Shown: one piece after another, positions 1 to 13,580 of the stretch | Layout of the letters: every line of letters begins with the position of its first letter | Numbering within the stretch: position 1 is the first letter of the stretch | DNA from: the human T2T-CHM13v2.0 reference genome, Homo sapiens | Assembly: GCF_009914755.1 (NCBI RefSeq) | Contig: NC_060931.1 | Direction: 5' to 3' (one strand) | DNA: 64,000 nt | Notes under the pieces: generated by a model | What the model was told of the DNA's origin: nothing | What the model saw: only the letters and a program-made list of their open reading frames with translations | Databases searched by the model: none | Program-made: the position numbers and the translations under genes

Positions 1-2324
1 AAAGGCTTTATCAAAACAAAACAAAACAAGAAACTACGCTTTTCATCAAAGGGAAGACAGGCCAAGGGCCAGGTCATGGAGCGAAGTTGGGGAGGTGATG
101 CTGGCAGGTCCTGCTACTAGACTGGGAGGGGACAAAGCTCTTTTCCCCCAGGTGGGAAAGGCACGTCGGACAGAGCCCTGGTGCACCTGGGTCAGTCCTT
201 CTTGAGTCTCAAGAGATCACTGCACATCTTCATAAAGCGCATGGATCCTCTCAAAGTCAAGGCAATTAAAACAGAATCTGCTATTTCACTGTTCACTGTG
301 TATAGGTGGTAACTTAGTGCTGACACCTCTCGCCAGAACAGACACATGCTATGGTCAGAAGGGCTTCTGAAGACACCACCAGAACAGAGCTCTGAAACTC
401 TTATCTTTTAGATGCTGAAACAAATTTGGTGATAACAACGTAGAAAAAGGGCTTATGAGGAGAATTCTGTAGGAACTACATTTTAGTAGTTTCTCTTACA
501 TGTAATGTCACCTGGATCTTGTTGGTGGCCTTAGGAAATGGTTTATTCTCTCACTTTTAACATGTACACAGGCACATTTTTAGGGTGTAGCTGTAACATT
601 CCCATTCCCCACTCCCAGCTTCCCCGGAGGAGTGTGTGTGAGAGCTGGGCACAGAGGCCCTGGTGGCTCCCTCCACTGGAAGAGGAGGTGGGGAGAGACC
701 AGGTTTTCTTAGAACAGACTTTATGAATCAGGACAATTAAAGCAGGTTTCTTTATTTGTAATATATGGCAAGTTACTTTTAAAAGTCTGTTGTGGTAACC
801 CGATCATCTTTTACTATAGACTCTGTGCTTCTGCAGAGATTTCCAAGCAGCTAGGCGGTGGCCTGACCTGGGACCCCTGCTCAGAAAGGAGCTGGGGAGG
901 GAGCCCTGAGACTGGGGTTTCTCCATGCACCCCCTGGCCCACACTCAGCAGTGGCATCACTGGACTCTTCTAAGTCAGAGCAAGGGCATCGTGTAAGTGC
1001 CTGTTTGGCTTAGAAGGAACCCAGCTACACACAGATTTTCCAAGGAAACTTTTAATTTCTGGTTACTCTAAACCCTCCCCCCCACCACCCCTCCGGCTTA
1101 AGAGCCAAGGTTATAAATGGTGAAAGATGCGATCTCTTTAGGTTTTTTACAATGCTGCCATTCAGTTCCAAGAGGATTTCTATTCAGAAAGTCTATTTCA
1201 GCAGAGATCTATTGTGGCCCAGTACCTGCAAAAGCTGGGTTTGACTGCCATTTGACTGCTGGCACCAAGTAACCATCTGTTCTGGGAAGAAATTCTAAGA
1301 AAATGGGAAAAAACAAATACGTAAAAGGTTAGCTTCAAAGTGAGGGAAGGTATGTCATATAGATATGTCAATTTTAAAACTATTCCTACCAGTATAATTA
1401 CATACACCTGTATTTAAAATGGCGGTCCTTTTTATTCTCCTATCACACAGAAGAAACACCTCCTTCAAAAGGTTGTATTTTGTTTCCTGAAATGCTGGGT
1501 ACTAGTGTGGAATACCAACTATGTTTACTAAGGGATTCATGTCTCACAGCATGCTCCATGGCAAACAGCGATGCCAGCGTCCCAGCCCAGTGGCACAAGT
1601 GCACAGTGTGAGATAAAGAATTCCTGAAACTAAAAGGTAAGCCCAGTCACGAGAAAAGCCTGTTCTGCTGCATTCCCCAAAAACAGTCTTCAAATTTCTT
1701 ACTTTGGAATAAAAAAGCAGCTACATTATCAGAGTCAGAAATGGCCCTGGGTCTTCTCCCCAGTTGATGCAGCTCTGACCCATGACTCAGGATGACAGCG
1801 AGTGCCCCAGGAGCTAGGAGGTGCCCTCCCTATCCTGGCCTCTCACAGGACAAGTGCCTCTCCCAAAGAAAGAAAAGAGAGATCAAGGTGACCAGCTCAA
1901 GACACCAACCAATCGCACTGATTTCTCTAGTCATTCTTCCACGTATGATCACAAAATATATTTGCTATTTGCAGAGAATAATGAGTTTTTCTTCTGCTAA
2001 GTGTTTGATCAGTTCAACTGAGAACTTTCAAAATAACAGAAAACACCCAGCCTCTCCCAGCTCCTGTCTTAGAGACTAACCCCCTTTACACTGTGTCTAT
2101 GTGAAGAAGGAGACCTCTACCTTCAGCCAGTCCCACGCACATTTAGTGAAGCATGAGACTGGGTTTCAAGCAAGGACTGCTTCATTAAACTACAACTCTG
2201 ATTCTCAAACCCATATGCTACACCATGCCTCTCAGTCACTTTCTAATCTGATACTATGAAACCCAAGTATAAACTTCAAGATTTCAAGAGTCCCAAACCC
2301 CAAACCTGAAGAGGTAAGACTCAC

Positions 2325-2440
2325 CATGGGATTTTTAAAGAACTCGTATTTTGCGTAATTCTTCCTGAATAGAAATTTACTCTCACTGGCCATGGTACTC
2401 TCCACCTGGACCACCAGCTCATGGTCTTCCAAGCACCTCT
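2325..2440 (-). CDS. GRB10: GRB10 coding exon, 116 nt, end of RA domain and linker, (E)[38 protein letters not shown]
   Basis: Acceptor CTTTGCCCCTGCAG|AG, donor ATG|GTGAGT; phase 1 to phase 0; overlaps ORF 2232..2432. Confidence 0.97.
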
Positions 2441-5400
2441 CTGCAGGGGCAAAGCATCACGTGTGAGACGCAACAGGTGGGAAATTCATGGTAGCTTTAC
2501 AACCAAATGGAAGATTTGTTCAACTTTCTATTCTTCTTTAAACATTATGAATAAAGATGAGGTCAGGAAGGAAACTAAATTTAAATCTCTCTTTAATGCA
2601 TTACCAAATGCATAAGAGGTCTTAAGATATACAGCATGAAGAATTCAGGTCAATACTTATTTTTATATACTTTTTGAATTTGGCATCAACCAGATGTTAA
2701 GGAATGAGCCCGTAAGACTCTTAGCAAATGATTTTGCCCTTAAATTGAGAAATTTCAACTCTTGTAAAGACTATAACAAGTGAGAAAATATTCAAAGACA
2801 AAGGAGAAAGAACTTGAAAGAGGTGGAGGAGGGGGATGACCAAGAAGGTGCAGAGATGGAAGGAGATAGAAGCTTTTTGATGACATCAAACTTGGTTGCC
2901 AGAAAAGATGGTGCTGTGTACTGTGGGAGAGGCCGTGATGCACAGCAAGACTGTACGTACATACTCATCTTTCACACTGAAGCCCGCACGCACATCATGG
3001 AATAGTTCTTGTCAACCGAATTACACGTGAAGGCAGGGAAGAAAACACACTCCATCCTCCAGCACCCGCTGTGGACACGTACACACACACACATGCACGT
3101 ACGCACACGCCTCCTTCACAGCATCTTACATAGCAGCACTGTCCCCCAGAAAGGGAAAAGTCGCTTCCCTCACTGTGTGAACACAGTGGTTCCAAGTGGA
3201 GCGGGAAGAACTCAGCATACTCTAGAACAGCGTGTGCCCAGAGAGGCCGCACTGCTCCCTTTCATGGCAGTTACGTCCCTTCCCAGGCACCTCCTCAGAA
3301 ACTGTCATGGGAGGATGGTGGCCATGGGAAACTAACCTTATTAAATCATGGAATAAACAAGATGAACAAATGTACAGCAGGGTCAAAGTGTGAAGTGATG
3401 CCAAAATGGTACAGATTAACATGCTATGGAATTGACACCAGGGTAGTTCTGTTATCCTAAGACCCTACCCTCCTCTCCTGCAGCCAGACTGGAATCTTGA
3501 GGAAAGTTTCACCTTGGAAGGAAGGAATGAAGTTAAAGGCAAAAGCATTTCTGAGTCAAAGTGATCTCAGAATGCAGAAAAGACTTTCCGTCTACAACGA
3601 ACAACTGTCGCCATGGGCACTCATCTCAGATGAGCCCCGACCGGCATGCAGAAGCAAATTCTGGAGCTGATTCGTGCTCGGCCCCGGTTTTGACATTACA
3701 AGGAAAGGATTCCTTGGTAAAAACACATTTAAAGCCAGAGTTTGTGAAGGAAAGGAATTTTCTCCCCGTGGCTGCCAGAAAGCTCAGACTTGGCACCACC
3801 ACCAAGTGTGGAGCAGTTCCCATTTGTCCCTGTCTGGGAGGGAATGCTGCTAGCAACATGTGAACCAATACGTGGCCCTCATGTCTCCCCATGATAGAAA
3901 AAGAGAGAAACCAAGAACATGCAACAAAAACTGTTACGTTTGCTTTCCAAAAAGAGGTTCATTCATTGAAAATGGATTTTCCAGAAGGAAAACAAATCAA
4001 TGACTTCTGTTGAAATGTTTATTCAGAGAAAAATGTCTTTCTGTAGTTACAGGAAAAAACAAAAACAAAAACCCAAAACCAAAACCAACAATCTAATAAC
4101 CTGTTGATGGTTGATTTACAGAACTAAAAATTTTTATCAGGCAAAATAAGGAGAAATAAAAATGGGAGGTGATAGCTACCTAAATGAGGAGGATATGTCT
4201 GTTTCCAAAGCGAAGGGCATTTTGTCTCCAAAGAACCCTGAGGAGAGCCAAAGAGGATGCCTGGGGCAGCCACCAGCCCCAAAGGGGGTGGCCAAACCCA
4301 CGCAGGCGCCCATCCTTGTGGACAATACTTTCCTGTCTCCCTGCGCCTCCCCTGGAAAGATCATGGGAAAGTTGCACATGGCAGTGTAAACACACAGGGG
4401 GACGTGTCCCTGGTGGTCAGATCCAGGTGGACAGGTGAGGGCTTGGTGCCCTGGCAAAGGGGGGCCCAGGAACTCGGGATAACCGGTGGGCTGTGAAACT
4501 GACTGTGTATCCTGACAGAAGTGTGCTTTTCTGAGGCTGGTGACTCCAGAGGGCGCCTACCATCCCCAGAGGTGGGTCCCAAGACAAACAAAACATCAAC
4601 TCCCTTTTCGTCACTCACAGCAGGTCAGTGAACACAACGTGGCAGGTGACCCCTTTCTCAGAGATCCAGAGCTGTGCAGCCTCCGGATGCAGCCGAGTGC
4701 CCCTGGCACAAATGCTCCAGGCACCAGTGTTCCAGTTGGCCGTCGACTGCACATCTGTTCAAAGATCTTCCCTCCAGTTTTAATTTTCTCCATGATTTAA
4801 AGATATGTATTTTCAAATGGCCTTGCATGATTATAAACAATCACATCACTATCTATAAACTGCATATGATTACAATGGCCTAAGTTAAATGGGAACACTA
4901 CTTTTCAAGATAATATTCCAAAAATAATTTCAAGAAATGGAAAGGGCAAAAATTCCTTGAAGTACATTTGTATTTTTCAAATTTCTGAAACTAATGCTGG
5001 CATTACTCTACTCCTCAAGAAAAAATATTTAAATATCAAGACAACTCAAAAAAGAGAATCTTACTTCCTTGCCTTAACCCTTGCAGCTAAAGTGTGACTC
5101 CTCGGCAGAAACCTGTGCTGCCAGTTGGCAGTGGAGGGGCCATGGCAGAGCCGGTGCACGGAAGCTGTGCACCCCACTGTCTCGGCCTCACATCGAGCTG
5201 CAGCCCTTGGGCCACTCCCTGCCCATCATTCCTCAGCACAGCCCACCCAAGGGAGAGAAAAGAGCTGTCAGCAAGCTCAGGGCTTTCCCAGGCTAAGAAA
5301 CTGTCAACAGAGTAATCAGTGAGATAGCCCTGACGTGTGGATAAGGCCGTAAGTGGACTTCTATTTATAAATTTTAGTGGGGGAAAGGACATCTTTTGTT

Positions 5401-5943
5401 GCTTTTCACATACAAAAGGGAGAGAGGGACATAAAACCAGCCTGCAAAAGGCCCCCTCTAATCAGCAAGAGTCAACAGGCGCCGGCTGTTTCTCCCTCCA
5501 CACCTTTCTGCATGTCCAGCTGTCAGCATCCAACAGCGTGGCAGCCACAGGACCTCCAGAGTTACTGCCACGGTGTTTCCCATCTGACCAGGAACAACCA
5601 CAAAGCTGTAAACAGCCCGAAAAGGACTTGTTGCTCTTCCTGTTTCAACCTAATTCTCAGGACAACGGAATTCCTCAAATCCTTGAAATTTGTAAGATCT
5701 GGCGGAAACCCTCTTCTCTTTACTGTGTTCTCTGTGTAAGTTCCAGCCTCTCTCCCAGATTATCTGACCTTAGTATGCCTGATGTCTACAGTTACTTGGG
5801 GCCTGGGTGCAAGAGCCCCAGGCACCAGGTGCCCCCCACATTCCCAGGGATGGGTTTATCTGCAATCCCATTTTCAAGTTCAGGGGGCATCAAGATACTA
5901 GTTTTGTATGTTTAAATTTGTATTTTTCAAAATTCCTTTTATC

Positions 5944-6111
5944 TTTTTTTTTTTTTTTAATTTTTGAGGCAGGGTCTTGTTCTGTCAAGCAGCTGGAGTG
6001 CAGTGATGCAAACACAGCTCTCTGCAGCCTCAACTTCCTGGGCTCAGGTGATCCTCCTGCCTTGGCCTTCCAAAGTGCTGGGACTACAGGCATGAGCCAC
6101 TGTGCCTGGCC
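5944..6111 (-). mobile_element. Free Alu monomer (FRAM-like or truncated AluJ)
   Basis: Poly-T followed by GAGGCAGGGTCTTG...GGAGTGCAGTG...CAAAGTGCTGGGACTACAGGCATGAGCCAC...CCTGGCC; a single arm of about 150 bp. Confidence 0.85.
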
Positions 6112-6926
6112 AAAAATATCTTTTAAAATATAATTTGTTTACTTGATATGTCTGCAGGCTGACTGTTTAATATCACTGCATCCTCCATGTGTGAAGCTGC
6201 CCTGGCTAAGGTGAACCTTCCAGAGACTTGCAGCTCACCATGCTCAGGGCAGAAGGGATGGGGACACCTTCCAAAAAACCTGCCCCATTCTGGCAGCCTC
6301 AGCTGGACTTACTGTCGGCTGTTGAGTGGCCTGGGTCACGGACAGTGTTTTCATGGCTAAGAACTCCACTCCAGACACTGAGACTGAGAAACATCCCCAA
6401 CAGGTAGAACCTGGGGGCAGTGCTAACATAGGAAGGGACCATTTAAAGGGACAAGTGAACTGGGAATCATAAAACAGACCATCATTCACTAGGGCTTCAC
6501 CTACCAGGGCAAGGGGCTTTGCAACAACTTTTTCAAGTGCGTCCAGTAGTGAATGTCCCCAGGAGCTAACGCTGGGAAGGGCCACCTGACCTCAGTCTGC
6601 TCATAGGAGTCGTTCTCTGCTTATCCACAAGCGCAGCACAGAGCGGGCAGGAAAAACCACCCTCAGCGAGAGGGGCTACTCTGCCGAGTGACAGCAGGGA
6701 TGCCACTGTTGCTGCCAATGGAGGGTGACCAGCATCTCAGAGGAGCGATGCCCTCCAGGCTGCAGACACCCACGCATGGTGCTTTTCTCCCGCAGAAAGG
6801 GAACCACCTGCTGCAGGCTATCTTGGGAACTACCCTCACTTTTTCTAAAGCCATCACTTCCTTCTGGGTATAGAAAAGGTTTAATATTATTAAGGGACTG
6901 ATATTTTAGCTGTTAAGATCCTTATA

Positions 6927-7156
6927 CAGGTTGAATATCCCTTATCCTAAATGCCTGGGACCAGAAGCTTTGGTTTTTGGATTTTTTTTCAAATTTTGGA
7001 ACATTTGCATTATAGTTACCAGTTGAACAATCCAAAATCCCAAAATCAGAAATGCTTCAATGAGCATTTCCATTGAGCATCAAAACAGTACTCAAAACAT
7101 TTCAGATTTTAGAGCATTTCAGATTTCAGATTTTTGGATTAGGGATACTCAATCAG
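6927..7156. mobile_element. Tigger4/MER46-type Tc1-mariner MITE
   Basis: Terminal inverted repeats CAGGTTGAATATCCCT...AGGGATACTCAATCAG, flanked by TA on both sides. Confidence 0.8.
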
Positions 7157-9021
7157 TAATAATGTACTTTGTACTTTGGAATCTTCAATTCTGGAGGCCC
7201 TACATAGGCTTAAAATGCTGTCCAACTTGGGTGCCCTATACCCTCAATTATGGGGGGGTTGGGTTACAATCTGCCTTAGTATCTGCCTTATAGACTTGCA
7301 AGCACTACCTGCCTTTTGCCCCAGCCACCAGCCTGGCGTATGTACACATCCCTGTGAGAATACCTGACATATAATTACCTGGGCAAGTGCTCTCTACAAG
7401 GAGACAGCAATGCCTGGGGATGTGCCCTAAGAGTTGGAGGGCCAGAAGGGCCCAGGAATACCATCCATGATAAAGAAGAAGCCCCTGTTGGCCTTGTGGC
7501 CCTTGCGTCCCTTTCCAACGGGGATAAAGCTGAGATACTCAACAGGCTCTCTGAGAGGCACCCTGCAGCCCTGCATTTTCTCACTAATGAGCTTCTGATA
7601 GTTGAATGCTGCCAAATCATGGCAGAAATAAGATTTTTAGTTAAACAGCAACTTAAATTAATTTTTTAAAAAACGTTAAGTGATATGGTTGGGTCACAAA
7701 ACAGTATTCAGAGAAGTTATAGGGATGGGGACACAGAAACCCTGTGTCAACGGGAATGAGTCCTGGGGGTACTGACCTTATAGGCTGGTGAAACTGGTAG
7801 CTCTAAAAACTTGCAAAGTCCTCTGCAAACCCAGCCAACAGAAAAATGTGTTTCCTAGTAACTAATAAGAACGGGACTGGTGGTGAGAAAGAAAACTGAG
7901 GAAGGAGAGGAAGGATATTCTAAGGAATTTCATGTATCTTCAAATCCCGGCTGTGTGAGGTTCGTTATTTTTTTATTTTTTATTTTTTTTGTGAAACAGG
8001 ACCCAAAATTTGACACAAATATTCCTCTTTTTTTTTTAATCATTTCACTTGTTTCCCTTTCCCTTTTTTTCCTTTTATACTTAATTTTACAATAAAGTGT
8101 CATCGCCCACTAGAATGTATTAAGTCCATCTATAAAGAAGAGAAAGAAATAAGGTATGTAAATATCACATCCCTACAAATCCTGTGTGCTTATGGACATT
8201 TCTTTTCCTATTCTCTCAGAGTAAATGGTTCTTCATTTGGTTAAAGTTTTAATGCATCATTTATTTATCTACCATATGATAGTCTAGAAATCAAAGGGTA
8301 TCACATGAAATAGATAATTCAAAATTTCTGAAACATTCCTTATATGTTAAAATTTTATGTATGTATATCTGTACCCAATTTCTATGTGTCCTGAGTGTGT
8401 CCAATTATATTCAAGTACTAAATGTCCGCAGAAGTCCTTTTCATAGTTCTTTCAAATGAAAAGAATATTGAGACTTGTGAATGGGCTTTCAACAATAATC
8501 ATTGTATTTGGGTCAAACTATACAGACTTGTTTTTAAAATTTTATATATATATATTTTTTCATACATATATATACACATGTAGAGACACATGCTGAAGGT
8601 TTCCCACTGCTGTCTAATTTCCAAGTTACTTGTGTGTCAACAGGTGCTTTTGACAGCCTTATCAGACCACTGTAGGATCCACTCATGGACGTCCCAAGCT
8701 GGAGCTTGACGGGACAGCTAGTCTCCATGGGAACAACTGTGACATCATGGTCACTAACTGTGGACCTAGTAAGTGATCCTGGCAGGAGAAAGCTGTTAGT
8801 GACAATGGAGGAGAAGGCTTCTGTCGTCACACAAATGCGTTTAGCAATTGATAGAGATGGGAAAGAAACCAGCAAGAGTTCTATCCAATTCCTTCAAAAA
8901 GCATACCGTCTCTCCAAAGTACAGGGCGCATTAGAAAACAGAGACTTAAGGTGGTGTCAGCTCAAATTTACACTGCATTATTTAGGCTTAAATTGTATAA
9001 TATTACCTGGAAGGATGCTAC

Positions 9022-9071
9022 TCCAGACCTAGAGGTTTAAATTAAGTATTCCAGACCTAGAGGTTTAAATT
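9022..9071. repeat. Local tandem duplication, 28-bp period
   Basis: TCCAGACCTAGAGGTTTAAATT occurs exactly at 9022-9043 and 9050-9071. Confidence 0.9.
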
Positions 9072-9977
9072 CAATGTATTAATCTTTCAAAAAAGGTTCA
9101 TGAGAAAAATTTAGAACTATGGGAAGTTTCCAATCTGTGTTATTTTTCTCTCCTTCAAGACATGGAACAAATATAGCTGTTGATTTAGAGAAAATTTTGG
9201 TTTTGAATATTTTACTATGACTTTGTAAGAACTATATTTATTAGATAAGAATTTAAGCAAAAGTCTGAAAAGCTTTTTTACCTAAAATAAGCCACCTGAA
9301 CAAAATACCTCAATACATTCTGTAAAGAGTCAATATCTTCAAATATTCTGTGATACAAAATATTCTCTTACTTTTTAGGCATGACATGGGCACACACATA
9401 TACACGTGCATGAACACTGTTCAAAGCCTTATTAACCAGCAGGCAGAGATGCCATGTAAGACTCAACTCAAACTTACAGCAAAGTGCTTCATAATTTGCT
9501 CCAATTCCCAGCGGACCTCTCTGCACTTTGCTGCCTATAACCATGGCTCCCTTCTTCCCATGAGCTGAGGAGCTGATCTCAGAAGGGCAGCTGCAATCCT
9601 GTGCATGGCCAGCTCTCTCCAGAGCACCTCAAGGGCACCTCCCTCCTGTCCCCCGCCCACAGGTGTGCAGCAAGCTCCATGTGGCTCTGACAGCTGGGGA
9701 GGCTGGACAAGCCACAGGGAACCTCGCCATGTCTGAGCCCTTGGCAAGTTATTACCTCAACCATCCAAGGCAAGATTCCCAAAGTACTAGGGGAAAGGGG
9801 CTGGAGGGAGGAGAGTGAAATTTTAGGAGAAACAGGAGAGTCGAGGGGAACCCAGAGACTGCCTGCTAATTTCGCAGGGGACACTGCGGTCACACATTTG
9901 GCATTTGGCAGCAGCGGTCTTCATTCAATTGCACATAAGCATCCCCAGGTGCCAATCCTGTTCTGATGGTTCCCTAC

Positions 9978-10134
9978 CTAATCCTAGGTGCGGGTGGTGC
10001 TCCACTAGTGTCCAGCTGTTGTCATCCACACAGTGACTTTTGTAAACCAGCAATTGGCACAGGTCTCTGGCTGTCATGTCTGCTAGAATCTCCACCACTT
10101 TGCTTGTCCCATCTTCACTAAAGACTTTAACATC
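9978..10134 (-). CDS. GRB10: GRB10 coding exon, 157 nt, first part of the Ras-association (RA) domain, [52 protein letters not shown]
   Basis: Acceptor TTTGTGTGTTGCAG|GAT, donor TAG|GTAGGG; phase 0 to phase 1; lies within ORF 9925..10281. Confidence 0.97.
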
Positions 10135-13100
10135 CTGCAACACACAAAGGGGATAGTTACAGATAAACAACTTCGGGCTTTCAAGAAATAAAAACTGAAA
10201 CAAAAGAAAACAGGTAAAGTAAAAATAGTAGTGCTCCAACACATGGGCAACTGTTTTTCCAGGCAGCCAACAGGTCCCCACCAGCTGCAGGGATGTGACT
10301 CTTCCTCCCTATCTCCCCTTTCCCACCTCCTGGGGGCAGAGCAGGTAGGATTACAACATGATACTCTTAAAATGCCCAGGACAACTCATGGGAACATACA
10401 GCACACGGCTAAACCACCAAACCTGTCTTAAGAAGTGACAGGATTCACAGGATTCATTTAAAATACGCTGGTGGTCTCCAGGTTGGACATTTTACAGTTG
10501 AACCAATTGAAAAAACAAGCAAGCAACAACAAATCCTGTAAATCTCCCTCTTCCCATCATAACCTTTGACGAGTCGACCTGTTCTCCCAGGGCACAGGGT
10601 CCAGCAGCGGCACCTACAGCCTTTCCCGCAGCACCTCACCCCTCACAGACACTGAGGCTCAGGGTGGAGTGGAGATGAATTAATACAAAAGAAGGGCATA
10701 ATAAAAACATAGTCACAAGATTCTTTAGCCCCTAACCCCTACAAAGTTACAAGCAAGCTTCATTTGCCCGGTGCTGTTCAAATCCATGAACACCGAGCAG
10801 CTCCAGGCCAAGGGATGGAGAAGTAGAGTCCAGAGGACGGGAGTCTATCCCTTCCAGGCAAGACCCTGCAGGAATGCACCCTTCCCAGAACACGAGGTGT
10901 GTTTAACAAATCCTTACCTCGACAGCCCGGAAAAAGCAGTCAGAGGAGCAAGATGGCATTTTAAATTGCGACTGCCTCTTGCAAGGGAGCGTGTTTCCGT
11001 CTCTCCCCACTGTCCCAGGCTGGCTGTGTGGAGCCTGCGTGTGCCCTGGGGGGCAGGCTGTCTCCGGGCAGCAGGGAGGCCACCCACCCACCCGCTGGGC
11101 TCCCAGGCTGCCTTGCACCGGCTCCCTTAGGGAGTGAATCCAGCCACAGTGATGCAATCACCCCACGGACTTGCTCTCCCACTCCCATACGACAAGACCC
11201 GGACTTGGGGGTGAGGACGCCAACCACAACAACCGCAACAACACAACTCTCACACCAACTGGTCAGAAAAACCCCCGCTCAATGCTTTCCCATGGCAGTG
11301 AAATCACACACAGGCAGCTGAGAGGCTGAAACACGTGCGTTCTCTGAATCCAGACCCATCTGCCAACCTCCAAATAATCTTTGTCCCGCAACTGATGTGT
11401 CAGTGGCAGCTTTGGAGCTGGATCTGCAGGGTGGGTGAGAATGTTAGTTTGTCCTGACAAACTCCCTCCGAGGCTCCCCGCTCTCTCTGGCCCCTTTTCT
11501 TGTGTTTGGAAGGGGGTGCTTACTTGCTCTGAACTTTGATTTCTGTGGCCGGTGTGGAGTCTGACAGCAGAGGGAAGGGCTGGGAGGCCCCCACCTTAAT
11601 CAGGAACTGGGACCACACCATTCTACAGGGACCCTCTTGACCCTCCTACAGCTAGCTACCCTCAGCTGTCACCCGGTGGGCAGGAAGGAGTCAATGTCAC
11701 TCAAGCCTGAGTGCCCAGGTGGGGGTGGTGGGGGTGGTAGAGGCGGGGCTCAGCGAGAGCGGAAGAGCCCTTCTCTGTGAGGGCAGGTTAGCCTCCCAGC
11801 AGACGGGGGACCAGCCAGGGGAGCCTGCACTCTCAGGTAGGGTCACTGCCCCCTGCCTGCCACCTACGGGCCACTTCTCCAACTCAAAGAAATCCCAGGG
11901 CTGGGGCTGGATCAGGACCCAGAGACTTGTTTTCAACTCTTATTTATTTTTCAAGAAATCCACCATCTCTTTTCCAGAATTTATGTGTCACTCAATGAAA
12001 GTATACTTCCCCCTAACAAGCAAAATATTCAAATACAGCTGACATGGCTGAATAAGTCTACAGAAATACAATTTAAGTGAAGAAAACATGTCTCTGGGTC
12101 CTAGGTAGGAATGTTATTAAAATGCATTAACATAAAAGAAAAACAGGAATTTGGAAAATATAACTGAGCTCCAACAATGCTTTATAAATATGCTAACCAT
12201 CATAGGGAATGTCTTCAGGACCAGTGCATGCCTTCTGCTACCCAAATCAGGGTTCCTAATGCTCTTCTTCCCTGAGTCTCTCAATGAGCTTATCTGCACT
12301 GAGGATACATGATCTTCTCTAGGAAAGTGAAATTATGTTGAAGTGTGTGTCTCATCTCTCTCCAAGTCTCTTTGCCACTTTTCTTGTTCAAATCAGCCAT
12401 GCCAATGGTTTTCTCATTTTTTTTTTCAGCCCTGCTGCATTTTTCTTTAAACTCTCTCCCCAACCCCTGTTGTTCCACAGCCATCCCCCCAAAGGTCTAT
12501 AAATAGCCCGGGTATTAAAAGCTGAGATGTGCTTGGTCACACGTCCACATCCACTCCTTTTAGATTCCCACAGAGGCTGGGCTGGCGAGACCCTGAGGGG
12601 GCAAGGCAGACAGGAGACTGAGTCAGACACAAAGGCAGGCACCCTCCAGCTCCAGCGACAGGCCCCTCTGCCCCTGACACAGCACTCTCTGGTACTTCCA
12701 ATCTCACCAGGGCCCTCCAACCACACACAAAGCTAAGCCCCAGAGACAGAACACCAAGAAAGCCCTGTGTATACCAGCCATCTCAAACCACCCAGTCAAC
12801 GCGTAGAGCTACTGATGAGAATGTTTGTAAGGAACACAAGAGGTACGAGGGCTCCTATTACAGGGTACTGCCAGCCACTGACCACGGAGTCTTTTAGAGC
12901 TGGCAGTTCTAGGAGGAGCATTCTGTACAGCACCAACTGCCCCTTTAGTAACCACCTGAGCACTGCTGGGGGCTCAGGTCTCCTGCGGAGCAGGCCTGGG
13001 TTTCCCTGGCCCATCCAGTGTTCAAGCATCTCACACGAGGTGGGCCTAGAAGGTTCTCTCGAGCAGGTCAAGGCCCTTGCCCCGCAGCAACTCACAGTTC

Positions 13101-13454
13101 AGAGCGGAGATTGTTACCACAGGCAGTTAATTTCCAAGGTATGACTTGTTTAGGGAATATAAGAATCTGGTAACACCAGGAAAGGTGAGAAGCTGAGACC
13201 CACAAGTTCTATCTGAGTTCTATCCCGGCTTAGCCTCCTACTGGCTTTGTGACCTCGGATAGGTAATTAGCAATCTAAGACTTGCTTTCCTCATCCAAGC
13301 TGTGGGGAACTGCTCTGAGAATCAGTAATGTAAGCAAAACACTGCTTAATCAATGTATGGAAGTTCTACATTAGTTATGACCTATCTTGGCCTGGGGTGG
13401 TGGTTCCAAAGAGGAACTTAGAAACAGACTTGGCCATAACCATGCTTCATCAGT

Positions 13455-13580
13455 AACTAGCTGTGGGAACATGGCTGAGCTATCCAGCCTCTCTGTGCCT
13501 CAGTTTCCTCATCTGTAAAATGGAAATCTGTAAGCAGCACCAGCCTCATAGTGTTGCTATGACATGGATTAATGAGATAC
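13455..13580 (+). mobile_element. MIR SINE fragment
   Basis: MIR core CCTCTCTGTGCCTCAGTTTCCTCATCTGTAAAATGG. Confidence 0.8.

Noticed and set aside
1416-1425. Isolated YY1-type motif AAAATGGCGG
   Set aside because: Single short motif in AT-rich intron with no supporting context.
5337-5915. 192-aa plus-strand ORF
   Set aside because: GTG start, no domain I recognise and no supporting gene structure.
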